The position numbers were made by a program, and so were the translations under genes. Positions 1 through 8,636 of a DNA stretch of 64,000 nucleotides are shown here, in pieces. This DNA is from Smithellaceae bacterium (GTDB taxonomy: Bacteria > Desulfobacterota > Syntrophia > Syntrophales > Smithellaceae). The notes under the pieces are model-generated. The model did not search any database and was not told where the DNA came from. It saw only the letters and a program-made list of their open reading frames with translations. The stretch is from assembly GCA_963667845.2 (NCBI GenBank), contig CAXXVL010000001.1:832001-896000 (forward strand), written 5' to 3'. How positions within the stretch are numbered: the first letter of the stretch is position 1; each line of letters begins with the position of its first letter.

Positions 1-381
1 AGACTGGGTGAATTTAATGGACCTTGTATTAAAGAGATCAAATACGTCTTAATTAACTTAAAAGCACCGTTAGAGAAACGATGCCTTCCGAACAAAAATG
101 AGAAACCAGATTACCAAATAGAAGACAAGAAAATTCAAATCGCTGAAAACGGCTTGTCAATTATATTGTATCAACCCCCAAAAGGTGGATTTCGTCCTTT
201 GCTCGACAAAATGTCAAAATCAATGAGAATATTCAATGCGGAGATGTTTGAATACGAAGAAGCGCTGAGTGATGAAAACATAGTTGCATATATCATTGGG
301 TCAGCTTGAACCTACCCCAGTTTAACGGACACTTCAAAAAGTATACAGAGTCGTATACAATGAAGAAGAAAGGAGTGTCCG

Positions 382-687
382 ATGAGAAAGCAGAGGCAGT
401 CATTTAGCCGGGAATTTAAGCTGGAAGCAGTGAGGTTAATGGAAGAAGGAAAGAAGCCACCTGCGGAACTAGCCCGGGAGCTTGGGCTAAGGAGAAACCA
501 GCTTTATAAATGGAAAGAAAAGACGGATCTACATGGTGGCGGTGCGTTTCCCGGACATGGGCGACGAGCTTCAAGCGGAACAGAAGCGGAAGAGATCAGC
601 AAATTGAAACGCGAGTTGGAACGAGTTAAGGAAGAGAATGAAATCTTAAAAAAAGCCGCAGCGTTCTTTGCGCGGGAAATGAAGTGA
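382..687 (+). CDS. IS3-family transposase OrfA (HTH)
   Basis: FSREFKLEAV...ELGL..NQLYKW and C-terminal ENEILKKAAAFF; RBS GGAG upstream. Confidence 0.95.
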   Translation: MRKQRQSFSREFKLEAVRLMEEGKKPPAELARELGLRRNQLYKWKEKTDLHGGGAFPGHGRRASSGTEAEEISKLKRELERVKEENEILKKAAAFFAREMK

Positions 688-1547
688 AGTATCGGTTTAT
701 CCGGTCGCAGAGAACGCAATATAGAGTAGCGGTGATGTGTAGAGTATTAGAAGTATCCAGAAGTGGATATTATGGTTGGATGGATCGTCCGGAGAGCGAA
801 CGAACAAAACGGCATCGAGAATTAACCGTTAAGATACGGCAGGCGCATCTTGCCAGCAGGAAGATATATGGCGCGCCGCGCATTCATGGCGAGTTGATTG
901 ATCAAGGGGAACAAGTTGGTCGAAACACCGTGGCCAGTTTGATGCGGAAAGCGAATATTCAATCAAAAGTACATAAACGTTTTGTGGTAACGACCGATTC
1001 AAGAGGAACCAGAAAACCCGCTGAGAACTTACTAGGCGGAGAATTTACATCAGACACAGCCAATCGGAAGTGGGTATCTGATGTGACGTTTATCCCGACC
1101 CGGAAAGGCTGGTTATATTTATCGGCGATCATGGACCTTTATTCCCGAATGGTTGTTGGCTGGTCAATGGGGGAGAAAAACAGTACCGAGTTGATTGAGG
1201 ATGCCTTAAAGATGGCGACGGCTCACAGAAAAAACATTAAGGGCGTGCTTTTGCATTCGGACCAGGGTGTGCAGTATGCGTCGACATCTTATCAGCAGCT
1301 GTTAAGCAACCTGGGTATCATCTGCAGCATGAGCCGGAAAGGTAATTGTTGGGATAATGCACCGATGGAGAGTTTCTTTCATTCTTTGAAAACCGAGTGG
1401 GTAGGCTTTGAGGATTACAAGACCCGATCGGAAGCCCGAGCCAGCCTGTTTGATTACATCGAGCTCTTTTATAATCGCAAACGCAGGCATTCTACGTTAC
1501 AGAACAGAAGTCCCTGGGCCTTTGAAAATGCCGGGGTTGTCCCTTAA
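684..1547 (+). CDS. IS3-family transposase OrfB (rve DDE)
   Basis: YGAPRI, WVSDVTFI, HSDQGVQY, SRKGNCWDNAPMESFF, YNRKRRHSTL; lies in the -1 frame relative to orfA, with an A7G slippery site at 648-655. Confidence 0.95.
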   Translation: MKYRFIRSQRTQYRVAVMCRVLEVSRSGYYGWMDRPESERTKRHRELTVKIRQAHLASRKIYGAPRIHGELIDQGEQVGRNTVASLMRKANIQSKVHKRFVVTTDSRGTRKPAENLLGGEFTSDTANRKWVSDVTFIPTRKGWLYLSAIMDLYSRMVVGWSMGEKNSTELIEDALKMATAHRKNIKGVLLHSDQGVQYASTSYQQLLSNLGIICSMSRKGNCWDNAPMESFFHSLKTEWVGFEDYKTRSEARASLFDYIELFYNRKRRHSTLQNRSPWAFENAGVVP

Positions 1548-1876
1548 CCGAGGTGTCCGTTTTTCTGGGGGAAGATCAGCTTTACTTATTGTCTTCTTAA
1601 TTTTGTGGTATGTAGTTTCATAAAAGCATTTAACACCTATAAGGCCTTGTACCTGTCAATCACAATAATATCCCCTTGACGGAAGAAGATGATTGCAGGA
1701 ACTTTTTCGCCACAGGCACGATGCTGCGGTAACAGATCAGCGATGCCGTCTTCGTTTCCGGGGAACAGGTTTGCCACAAGCGTGTTCTGCGAGGCCTTGA
1801 AGGGTGTCAAGCCGTTAAAGTGGCTCGCGGCCCTGTGGGCCGCTCCGGATCGGCCTTTCGCCGGCCTTAAAATGAC

Positions 1877-1915
1877 TTGACAGCGGCATGATAATAGCGT
1901 ACCATATGTCGTACG
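1877..1915 (+). promoter_or_regulatory. Sigma70-type promoter of the TA operon with overlapping palindromic operator
   Basis: TTGACA (1877-1882) N17 TACCAT (1900-1905); CGTAC-N8-GTACG dyad (1898-1915) over the -10, as expected for TA autorepression. Confidence 0.6.
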
Positions 1916-1933
1916 TTAAGGAGGCTGCGAAGT

Positions 1934-2176
1934 ATGACGACGTTAACAGCATCAGACGCAAGAAAGCGTCTATACAATCTTGTAGATGAAGTAAAGGATA
2001 CACACGTTCCCATTCAGATTGTAGGCAAGAGAAATTCTGCTATTTTGATTTCTGAAGAAGACTGGCGTGCTATAGAAGAAACACTATATCTCACGTCTAT
2101 TCCCGGCATGCGGGAATCCATTAAAAAAGGTTTAAAGACACCTGTTGAAAAGTGCGGGGAGGAGCCGGGCTGGTGA
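1934..2176 (+). CDS. yefM: Type II antitoxin, Phd/YefM family
   Basis: MTTLTASDARKRLYNLVDEV...LISEEDWRAIEETLYL..IPGMRESI; 80 aa; stop overlaps the toxin start. Confidence 0.9.
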   Translation: MTTLTASDARKRLYNLVDEVKDTHVPIQIVGKRNSAILISEEDWRAIEETLYLTSIPGMRESIKKGLKTPVEKCGEEPGW

Positions 2177-2436
2177 GTTGGAGACTGGTCTTCACTAAGC
2201 AAGCACAGAAAGATGCAAAGAAAATATCACAATCCGGGTTAAAACCCCAGGCAAGCCGTTTATTAGATATCCTCAGAAAAGATCCATTCCAAAATCCACC
2301 ACCCTATGAAAAACTCATGGGCGATCTTTCGGGAGCTTACTCTCGAAGAATAAGCATACAGCATCGCTTAATTTATCAAGTATTAAAAGACATCCACACC
2401 GTAAAAATTATCAGACTGTGGACGCATTACGAGTAA
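2173..2436 (+). CDS. yoeB: Type II toxin, Txe/YoeB family
   Basis: GTG start overlapping the antitoxin stop (GTGA); DPFQNPPPYEKL.GDLSGAYSRRI..QHRLIY...LWTHYE. Confidence 0.9.
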   Translation: MSWRLVFTKQAQKDAKKISQSGLKPQASRLLDILRKDPFQNPPPYEKLMGDLSGAYSRRISIQHRLIYQVLKDIHTVKIIRLWTHYE

Positions 2437-2469
2437 GTTGCCGCGGTCGAAAAAAGAATGGAATAGAAA

Positions 2470-3369
2470 ATGATGGGTTTGTTCCCCCTTTTAATGTTGA
2501 CAGCAGTCGGTGTGGTTTTATTGCTGGCAGTCTCCCTGGAAAAGGTTCTTTCCGGCATACTCGCCCATAAGGTGATCAATTGGAAGCATTCAATTTTAGC
2601 AACGCTCGCTCTTCTCGTGCTATGGTTTTTGTCTTGTATCATAATTGTCCTCTCAGCCGGATTAAGTCACTCAGAGAGAATCAAAGACCTAACGGCCGCA
2701 AGATGCTTTCTTTCATTCCTGATTATTGTGGGACTGCCAGGGGTGTCATTGTTGCTTCTGAGCCGGCGGAGTACCCTGAAGGGATCTGGCGTGCCAAGAC
2801 TGAAAAGGGTGTCCATTCCTATTTTTTGCATATTAATTTCACTCATATTCTTTTTTTCTGCAAAGAGCAGCATGTGGCCGCCGCTCGCTGTCGCCACTAA
2901 ATACGATTTCAGCCGAACGTCTCAGTCTCTGATAAAGATGGGGGCAAACATAAACGAGGAGGATGCCTATGGCTTTGCTCCGCTCTGGTATGCGGCACGA
3001 AACGGTGATTTAGCGACGACGGAACTTCTTATTGAAAAAGGTGCTGATCTTCAAAAGTGGGGTGCGGCATCATTGTGTCAGGCTTGTATCAATGGCCACG
3101 CAGAAGTGGCAGCGTACCTGGTTGACCATGGTGTCGATGTGAATGCCCTTGTTTATCAATATCCCCAATGGACTGTATTGATGGCGACAACTAATGCCGG
3201 ACAACTTGATGTTGTAAAAATGTTGGTTCGAAAAGGAGCATCCCTAGATATACGGGACAAAGATGGAAGATCGGCACTGATGATAGCTCAGGGGAGAATG
3301 CAGCTTCAGATAGCTGAGTTTCTGAAAGCCTTAAAAGCTGAAGACATAAAAAGGAAGAGCGGCCGGTAA
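2470..3369 (+). CDS. Membrane protein with C-terminal ankyrin repeats
   Basis: About 4 hydrophobic N-terminal segments, then G.APLWYAARNG..., LIEKGAD, LVDHGVDVNA, DKDGRSALMIA repeats. Confidence 0.85.
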   Translation: MMGLFPLLMLTAVGVVLLLAVSLEKVLSGILAHKVINWKHSILATLALLVLWFLSCIIIVLSAGLSHSERIKDLTAARCFLSFLIIVGLPGVSLLLLSRRSTLKGSGVPRLKRVSIPIFCILISLIFFFSAKSSMWPPLAVATKYDFSRTSQSLIKMGANINEEDAYGFAPLWYAARNGDLATTELLIEKGADLQKWGAASLCQACINGHAEVAAYLVDHGVDVNALVYQYPQWTVLMATTNAGQLDVVKMLVRKGASLDIRDKDGRSALMIAQGRMQLQIAEFLKALKAEDIKRKSGR

Positions 3370-3391
3370 TCATATAAAGAAAACACACCGG

Positions 3392-3436
3392 GCATAACCC
3401 AGGCAACCGGACGGAAGCTGATGTGCGTCGTTAGTC
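3392..3436 (+). other. Degenerate attC-like site (shortened)
   Basis: GCATAAC (R''-like) just after the gene; GCTGAT-N6-CGTTAG (L'/R'-like spacing); only 45 bp, shorter than functional attC sites. Confidence 0.3.
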
Positions 3437-3477
3437 TGTGCACGGGTGAGTTCAATGATATTTCAGGGCAATAAAAT

Positions 3478-4368
3478 ATGAATTTGAGAGACTTGATGCT
3501 TACGCTTTTCATCGGGGGGGCCTTCTTTTTAAATCAAGGCCTTGTTCATGCTGAAGATCCGGTGGATTTTTCAAAGTGGCAGGTATGCCAATCAAGTGAA
3601 GACTGCATCGCCGGTAAAGATCCCTGCCTGAACGATGTCGGGGTTAATAAGAAATATATTAAAGAATACAGCAGATGGTCGGTGAAGGGACACTGGCATT
3701 GCAGGGCGCTTGCCGATAAAAGCATAAGCGAGGACACACCAATATTGTGCCTCAATAATAAATGTCATGCGGGGAGTTTAACAGGAACACAATCAGTACC
3801 TTCTTCTTCCGCTGTGAAAACGAAAAAGGGGCTGACATGGGGCCTCGTATCGCATATTGATGAATTAGGGATTGATCGCGTCGGCTGCTCCGGCAGGCCA
3901 AGCGTTGGTGATTCTTCTGACGGCCGGGCCTGTGATCCATATCAGGGAGATACAAGTTGTTCCCGTGCCTTGCCAATCCTGTGCCACAAAGCGGCGAGCT
4001 TGCCGCGTCCCAACTACGCCGTTGTCGGCAAAGGACATGCGATGCCGGCAGAGTACTACAATGGCTGGACGGGCGGCTGGATCGGGTTAACACAACCGGT
4101 TCGGGGTGAAACGCTGACCAGCGTCGAAACGGCAAATGAACTATGCGGGTCAGCGCTTGGCGAAGGTTATCGTATGGCCGAGCATCACGACGGCAAGTAC
4201 GTAATGGGGATGAACGAGAAGAATTATTATGGAGAAACCTGGCCTTCGGAGAGCCGGCTACTGCCCGGCGGATGGCATTGGTATGCCTATGGCAATATTC
4301 AAGGTGCAACGCGGTTTTGGGTTTACATTAATGACCAGAAAGACGGAAACTGCTGGGAGACAAAATGA
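3478..4368 (+). CDS. Secreted Cys/Trp-rich hypothetical protein
   Basis: Signal peptide (..GLVHA); small Cys-rich N-domain, Ser/Thr linker, then a domain with CDPYQGDTSC..LPILC, YYNGW.GG, MAEHHDG, RFWVYINDQ...NCW. Confidence 0.7.
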   Translation: MNLRDLMLTLFIGGAFFLNQGLVHAEDPVDFSKWQVCQSSEDCIAGKDPCLNDVGVNKKYIKEYSRWSVKGHWHCRALADKSISEDTPILCLNNKCHAGSLTGTQSVPSSSAVKTKKGLTWGLVSHIDELGIDRVGCSGRPSVGDSSDGRACDPYQGDTSCSRALPILCHKAASLPRPNYAVVGKGHAMPAEYYNGWTGGWIGLTQPVRGETLTSVETANELCGSALGEGYRMAEHHDGKYVMGMNEKNYYGETWPSESRLLPGGWHWYAYGNIQGATRFWVYINDQKDGNCWETK

Positions 4369-5090
4369 TTTCCGTAATTACTCCGGCCCACAATGAAGAA
4401 TTATTGATCAGGAAATGCCTGTGCTCAGTTAAGACGGCGGCAAAAGAGATATCTGCGGATGTTGAACATATTGTTGTGCTCAACTGCTGCACGGACAGGA
4501 CAGGTGAGATCGCGAGAGAATTGGGCGCGAAGGTTATAACGGAAGAATCCCGGAATTTGAGCCGTATTCGAAACAAGGGGGTTGAGGCATCTAAAGGGGA
4601 TATCCTCGTAACAATAGATGCGGACAGCGAGATGACTTCGAATATGCTGAGCGAGGTCTTAAACAAGCTGCATTCAGGTAAATATATCGGTGGGGGTACC
4701 AGGATTTTACCGGAAAGAATATCTTTGGGCATCCTTTGCAGCCTAATGGTCGTGGCACCCTTTGTTTTGTGGCACGGCGTGAGCGCCGGGCTGTTCTGGT
4801 GCAGGAGAAAAGACTATGAGGCCATTGGAGGATTCGATGAAAGGCTGATTTGCATAGAAGATATCGACTTCGGCAAGCGGTTGCGGAAATACGGAAAAAT
4901 TCAGGGAAAGCGATACGGCACAATTCGCAAAGCACACATTGTAACATCATGCAGAAAATTTGATCAATTTGGCGATTGGTATTTTGTCGCAAACCCAATG
5001 GTTGTTTACCGAGTCTTTAAAAGAGATCAGAAACAAGCGGATCAGTTCTATTATAATGCAAGGCAGGGAAACACGGAACGAAAACAATAA
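4365..5090 (+). CDS. Glycosyltransferase family 2
   Basis: ISVITPAHNEE, CTDRT, RNKG, DAD, GGFDE...EDIDF; ATGA overlap with the upstream gene. Confidence 0.9.
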   Translation: MISVITPAHNEELLIRKCLCSVKTAAKEISADVEHIVVLNCCTDRTGEIARELGAKVITEESRNLSRIRNKGVEASKGDILVTIDADSEMTSNMLSEVLNKLHSGKYIGGGTRILPERISLGILCSLMVVAPFVLWHGVSAGLFWCRRKDYEAIGGFDERLICIEDIDFGKRLRKYGKIQGKRYGTIRKAHIVTSCRKFDQFGDWYFVANPMVVYRVFKRDQKQADQFYYNARQGNTERKQ

Positions 5091-5128
5091 TGCAGATCGC
5101 TGCGCTCGGGCCGAATATTTCGTTTGTA
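5079..5128 (+). other. Degenerate attC-like site
   Basis: AAC...ATGCAG ATCGCTGCGCTC GGGCCGAA TATTT CGTT at the gene end resembles a short attC layout, but the R' box is GTTTGTA (non-consensus). Confidence 0.25.
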
Positions 5129-5328
5129 CTCGAACAAGATTTAGGGTTAAATGCATGAACTGCCGGCAGCCGTGATATGGATTTAGTATCTTAATGGGCC
5201 TGAAGTTTTATTTTACGCATCAAGTGTGTTTTCATCAGCGCAAAAGTTGCCCATAGATCACCAGGGCGAGACAATCCCATTGAAAAGTGCGTCAGAAACT
5301 CTTTTCACTTATTAGAAAGGATCATCAA

Positions 5329-7377
5329 ATGACAGCAAACCGTTACCCGGCTTTATTTTCGCCGATCAAAATCGGGAGTATCGAAGTTAAGAACCGCATC
5401 GCCATGATGCCCATGGGCGTGTTTACCCCCCGGCTCATGGGGCCGACCGGCGCCTATACGAAAGACGGAGCGGACTATTATATCGCAAGAGCCCGGGGCG
5501 GCGTGGGCCTGATTGTCACCGGGATTCTGCCGCTGGTCCTGCTGCCGGAAGGCTATGGGCCCGGAGACCAGGGCGCGGGATTCCCAAAATATGTGGATCA
5601 ACAAAAATATCTGGCCGAGGGTGTCCATCGCTACGGCGCAAAGGTATTTGTTCAGCTTTCGGCGATGTCCGGCCGGGCAAGCATCAACCCGGCGGAGCCG
5701 GCGGCCTGCGAGATTCAAAATGTCTGGGACCCGACAAAAAAGCACCGCCAGTTGAGCAGGGACGAAATTCATGCGTATGTGAAAATGTTTGCCAATGCCG
5801 CTCTGGCGTGCAAACTGGCCGGCATCGACGGCGTGGAGGTTCATGCGGTTCATGAGGGCTATCTGCTCGATCAGTTCACGATCGCTGCCACGAATTACCG
5901 GACCGATGAATACGGCGGCAGCCTCACAAACCGGCTGCGGTTTCCCTGTGAAATCGTCCAGGCCATCAAAGAAAAATGCGGCGGCGATTACCCTGTATCC
6001 GTGCGCTACAGCGTCAGAAGCTATATGAAGGATTTCAACCGCGGCGCGCTCCCCGGTGAAACATTTGTGGAATTCGGCAGAAGCCTCGAAGAGAGCTTCG
6101 TTGTGGCGCAGAAGCTCGCCGAAGCCGGCTATGACGCGCTCGATTGCGACAATGGTTCCTATGATTCCTGGTACTGGGCCCATCCGCCCGCGTATATGCC
6201 CAAGGCCTGCAACCTCGACGATGTCCGGGCGCTGAAAAAGCATGTATCCATTCCGGTCATCTGCGCGGGAAAGTTTGATGATCCGGCGCTTGCCGATGAG
6301 GTGATTGCCCGGGGCGAGATCGACATGATGGGCATGGGGCGGCCCTTGCTTGCCGACCCGGAAATAGCCGACAAGTTTGCCCGCGGGGAGCTTTCCGACA
6401 TTCGCCCCTGCATCGGCTGCCATCAGGGGTGTCTGGCCCGGATTGTCCGGTTCAAAGATATTTGCTGTGCCGTTAACCCCGCCTGCGCCAGAGAGTTGAG
6501 TTACGGTGTCGGATCGGCGGATAAACAAAAAAAGATCATGGTGGTGGGCGGCGGTCTTGCCGGTATGGAGGCGGCCAGGGTTTGCGCGCTGCGCGGGCAT
6601 CAAGTCGATCTCTTTGAAAAAACGGATCGGCTGGGGGGTGTCTTTATCGCTGCATCCGCTGAAGCGTATAAGGAAGACGACAGGCGTCTGCTTGCCTGGT
6701 ACTTAAAGCAGATGAAGGATTTGCAGATCAATATCGTAACCGGCAAAGCGGTCGACAAAAAGTTTTTGAATGAGAATAAGTACGATGAAATATTTGTGGC
6801 GACAGGAGCTGCGGAACGCAGGCTCACCGTTCCCGGGTTTGACCACGATAATGTAACCTATGCCATCGATACGCTCCTCAAGACCGACGTCCAGGGGCAG
6901 AATGTGGTTATTGTGGGCGGCGGACTGACGGGGATTGAGATCGCCTGTGATCTGGCCCAGAGGGGCAAAAAGGTGACCGTGGTGGAGGCCTGTGACACCC
7001 TTATGAACTCTTTCGGCATCTCGGCGGCCAACTACAATATGCTGCTGGAGCTGCTGGATTACCATCAAGTCAATGTCCTGAAATCGACAACGGTAACCAA
7101 ATACGAAAATGGCGTGGCCGAGCTCCTGACGATCATTAAAAATTATCCCAATGCGGCCAACCGGGCAAAATTAATGTGCACGGCGGGGCCCGACGGAATC
7201 CCGACAAAATCCAGGCTGAAAGCGGACCACATTGTGGTGTCTGTAGGATATGCTAGCGACCGCAAACTTTATGATGAAATAAAAGGCGAACACGTGCATC
7301 TGATCGGGGATGCGGTCAAGCCGGAAAATGTCCTGAAGGCCATCTGGGATGCGTATGAGGCGGCAAGAACTGTGTAA
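5329..7377 (+). CDS. NADH:flavin oxidoreductase (OYE-like FMN barrel + 4Fe-4S + FAD), 2-enoate reductase-like
   Basis: KNRIAMMPM, HAVHEGYLLDQF, RTDEYGGS..NRLRF, CIGCHQGC..C, two GxGxxG; ATG 5329 with AGAAAGGA RBS. Confidence 0.9.
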   Translation: MTANRYPALFSPIKIGSIEVKNRIAMMPMGVFTPRLMGPTGAYTKDGADYYIARARGGVGLIVTGILPLVLLPEGYGPGDQGAGFPKYVDQQKYLAEGVHRYGAKVFVQLSAMSGRASINPAEPAACEIQNVWDPTKKHRQLSRDEIHAYVKMFANAALACKLAGIDGVEVHAVHEGYLLDQFTIAATNYRTDEYGGSLTNRLRFPCEIVQAIKEKCGGDYPVSVRYSVRSYMKDFNRGALPGETFVEFGRSLEESFVVAQKLAEAGYDALDCDNGSYDSWYWAHPPAYMPKACNLDDVRALKKHVSIPVICAGKFDDPALADEVIARGEIDMMGMGRPLLADPEIADKFARGELSDIRPCIGCHQGCLARIVRFKDICCAVNPACARELSYGVGSADKQKKIMVVGGGLAGMEAARVCALRGHQVDLFEKTDRLGGVFIAASAEAYKEDDRRLLAWYLKQMKDLQINIVTGKAVDKKFLNENKYDEIFVATGAAERRLTVPGFDHDNVTYAIDTLLKTDVQGQNVVIVGGGLTGIEIACDLAQRGKKVTVVEACDTLMNSFGISAANYNMLLELLDYHQVNVLKSTTVTKYENGVAELLTIIKNYPNAANRAKLMCTAGPDGIPTKSRLKADHIVVSVGYASDRKLYDEIKGEHVHLIGDAVKPENVLKAIWDAYEAARTV

Positions 7378-7628
7378 AGACAGAGAGGCCTGCCGCCCGA
7401 GGCCGTCGCCGGTTGAGAGGGCAGATGCGGGGGCCACAAATGAGCCTGTCGCGCAAGGCCGGCTGGCAGTTCAGAAAAAGTGCCAGTCGATGCGGGGTGC
7501 GGAACCCGGACGCGCCGGCGCTGTCCGGGTTATTCGGCAGATGCCTTTCTGAATACATTCGCGTAGGAACGGCCGGAACCGAAAGCGGCACAATCGTTCC
7601 GAAGCGCGGGAATCATATCCTGGATTGA

Positions 7629-8315
7629 TTACTTTGTTTCTTTCTTTTTCCTTGCCTCACTCACCTCATAATCCCTCAGACTTCTCACCATTTCCTGAAT
7701 GGGAGCAGGAAGCGTCGTGACGGGCTTCCCCGTGGAAAGCGCCAGGTAGTATATGTGAGCAATTTTTTCCAGAAGTTCCGTGGCCAGCAGTGCCTTATCC
7801 ATATTTTTTCCGAGAACGATAATCCCGTGGTTCTGGATAATATAGGCGTTGGCGTTGTTCTTGAGCAGACCGGCAACGTTGGCAGCCAGCTCCGGACTGC
7901 CGGAGAAGGCGTAAGGGGCAACTTCCACCGTTTCACCAAGCGCCAGAGCGACTTCATCAAAAAGAGCGGGGATGGGCTGATTAAGCACGGCAAAGACGCT
8001 GCCGTAAATTTGATGGGTATGAATGACGGCGTTGACATCCGGCCGTTCCCGGTAAACGGCGGCATGCATCCCGGTCTCCACCGAAGGAGCGCGGCTCCCT
8101 TCCACGACGGCGCCGGAAAGATCGACGATGCAGATATCATCGGGGGTAATCTCGCGGTATTTTACCGATGACGGCGTGACCGCCATCAAATCCTGATCCG
8201 TGATTCTCATGGAGACATTGCCGCCGGTGCCCCTGAGCGATCCAAAGTAGCCGTGATCCGACAGCCACAGACTTGTCTCCAGTACTTCCTTTCTATATTG
8301 ATCGTACAAACTCAT
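7629..8315 (-). CDS. Class II aldolase/adducin family (L-fuculose-phosphate aldolase-like)
   Basis: GTGGNVS, TPS, PSVETGMH..VY, HTH, QNHG. Confidence 0.9.
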   Translation of the reverse strand: MSLYDQYRKEVLETSLWLSDHGYFGSLRGTGGNVSMRITDQDLMAVTPSSVKYREITPDDICIVDLSGAVVEGSRAPSVETGMHAAVYRERPDVNAVIHTHQIYGSVFAVLNQPIPALFDEVALALGETVEVAPYAFSGSPELAANVAGLLKNNANAYIIQNHGIIVLGKNMDKALLATELLEKIAHIYYLALSTGKPVTTLPAPIQEMVRSLRDYEVSEARKKKETK

Positions 8316-8342
8316 CGGTTGTTCGACTCCTTTCCTTTTTCT

Positions 8343-8555
8343 TCAGAAGTTCCCGGTCCCGGTGCGTGAAGAAGGGCGCTTGTTTGCTGCCAGCTCTGCG
8401 AGCTTCTTTTCGCCGGGCTCCGGGCGGGGGCTCGACCAGCTGAAGGCATCGAGCACTTCAGGATTCAGAATGTATTCCGGCTTCTCTCCCGCCAGAAGTG
8501 TCTTGATCTGGCCTACCGCGATGGCTCCCTGATGTGCCGCGATCTCATAATTCAA
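8343..8555 (-). pseudogene. C-terminal remnant of a probable D-isomer-specific 2-hydroxyacid dehydrogenase
   Basis: YEIAAHQGAIAVGQIKTLLAGEKPEYILNPEV fits the segment after the TPHxxG motif of this family; no N-terminal part; composition turns AT-rich above ~8560. Confidence 0.5.
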
Positions 8556-8636
8556 AGCTCGCGGCAATAAAGCGTTGTCCCTGATTATCCAATTGTCGGA
8601 ATCTCCAAATTCAATATGGAAGGTTTTATGACATTC

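Larger units (their letters stand above)
307..1578 (+). mobile_element. Complete IS3-family insertion sequence (1272 bp)
   Basis: TG...CA ends; IRL TGAACCTACCCCAGTTTAACGGACACTTC vs reverse complement of IRR TGATCTTCCCCCAGAAAAACGGACACCTC (22/29); 3-bp direct repeat GCT at 304-306 and 1579-1581; orfA/orfB. Confidence 0.95.
1..1623 (+). pseudogene. 3' part of a hypothetical protein with C-terminal membrane anchor, interrupted by the IS3 element (pieces 1..306 and 1582..1623)
   Basis: Frame 1 is open from base 1 to ...NIVAYIIGSA, then stops at TGA 307-309, which is the IS left end. Removing the IS and one GCT copy restores ...GSA-LLIVFLILWYVVS* (TAA 1621-1623). Confidence 0.75.

Noticed and set aside
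1626..5154. 9-bp inverted pair GCATTTAAC / GTTAAATGC bracketing the accessory genes
   Set aside because: Too short, no TSD or recombinase, and the orientation does not fit a single cassette; likely chance.
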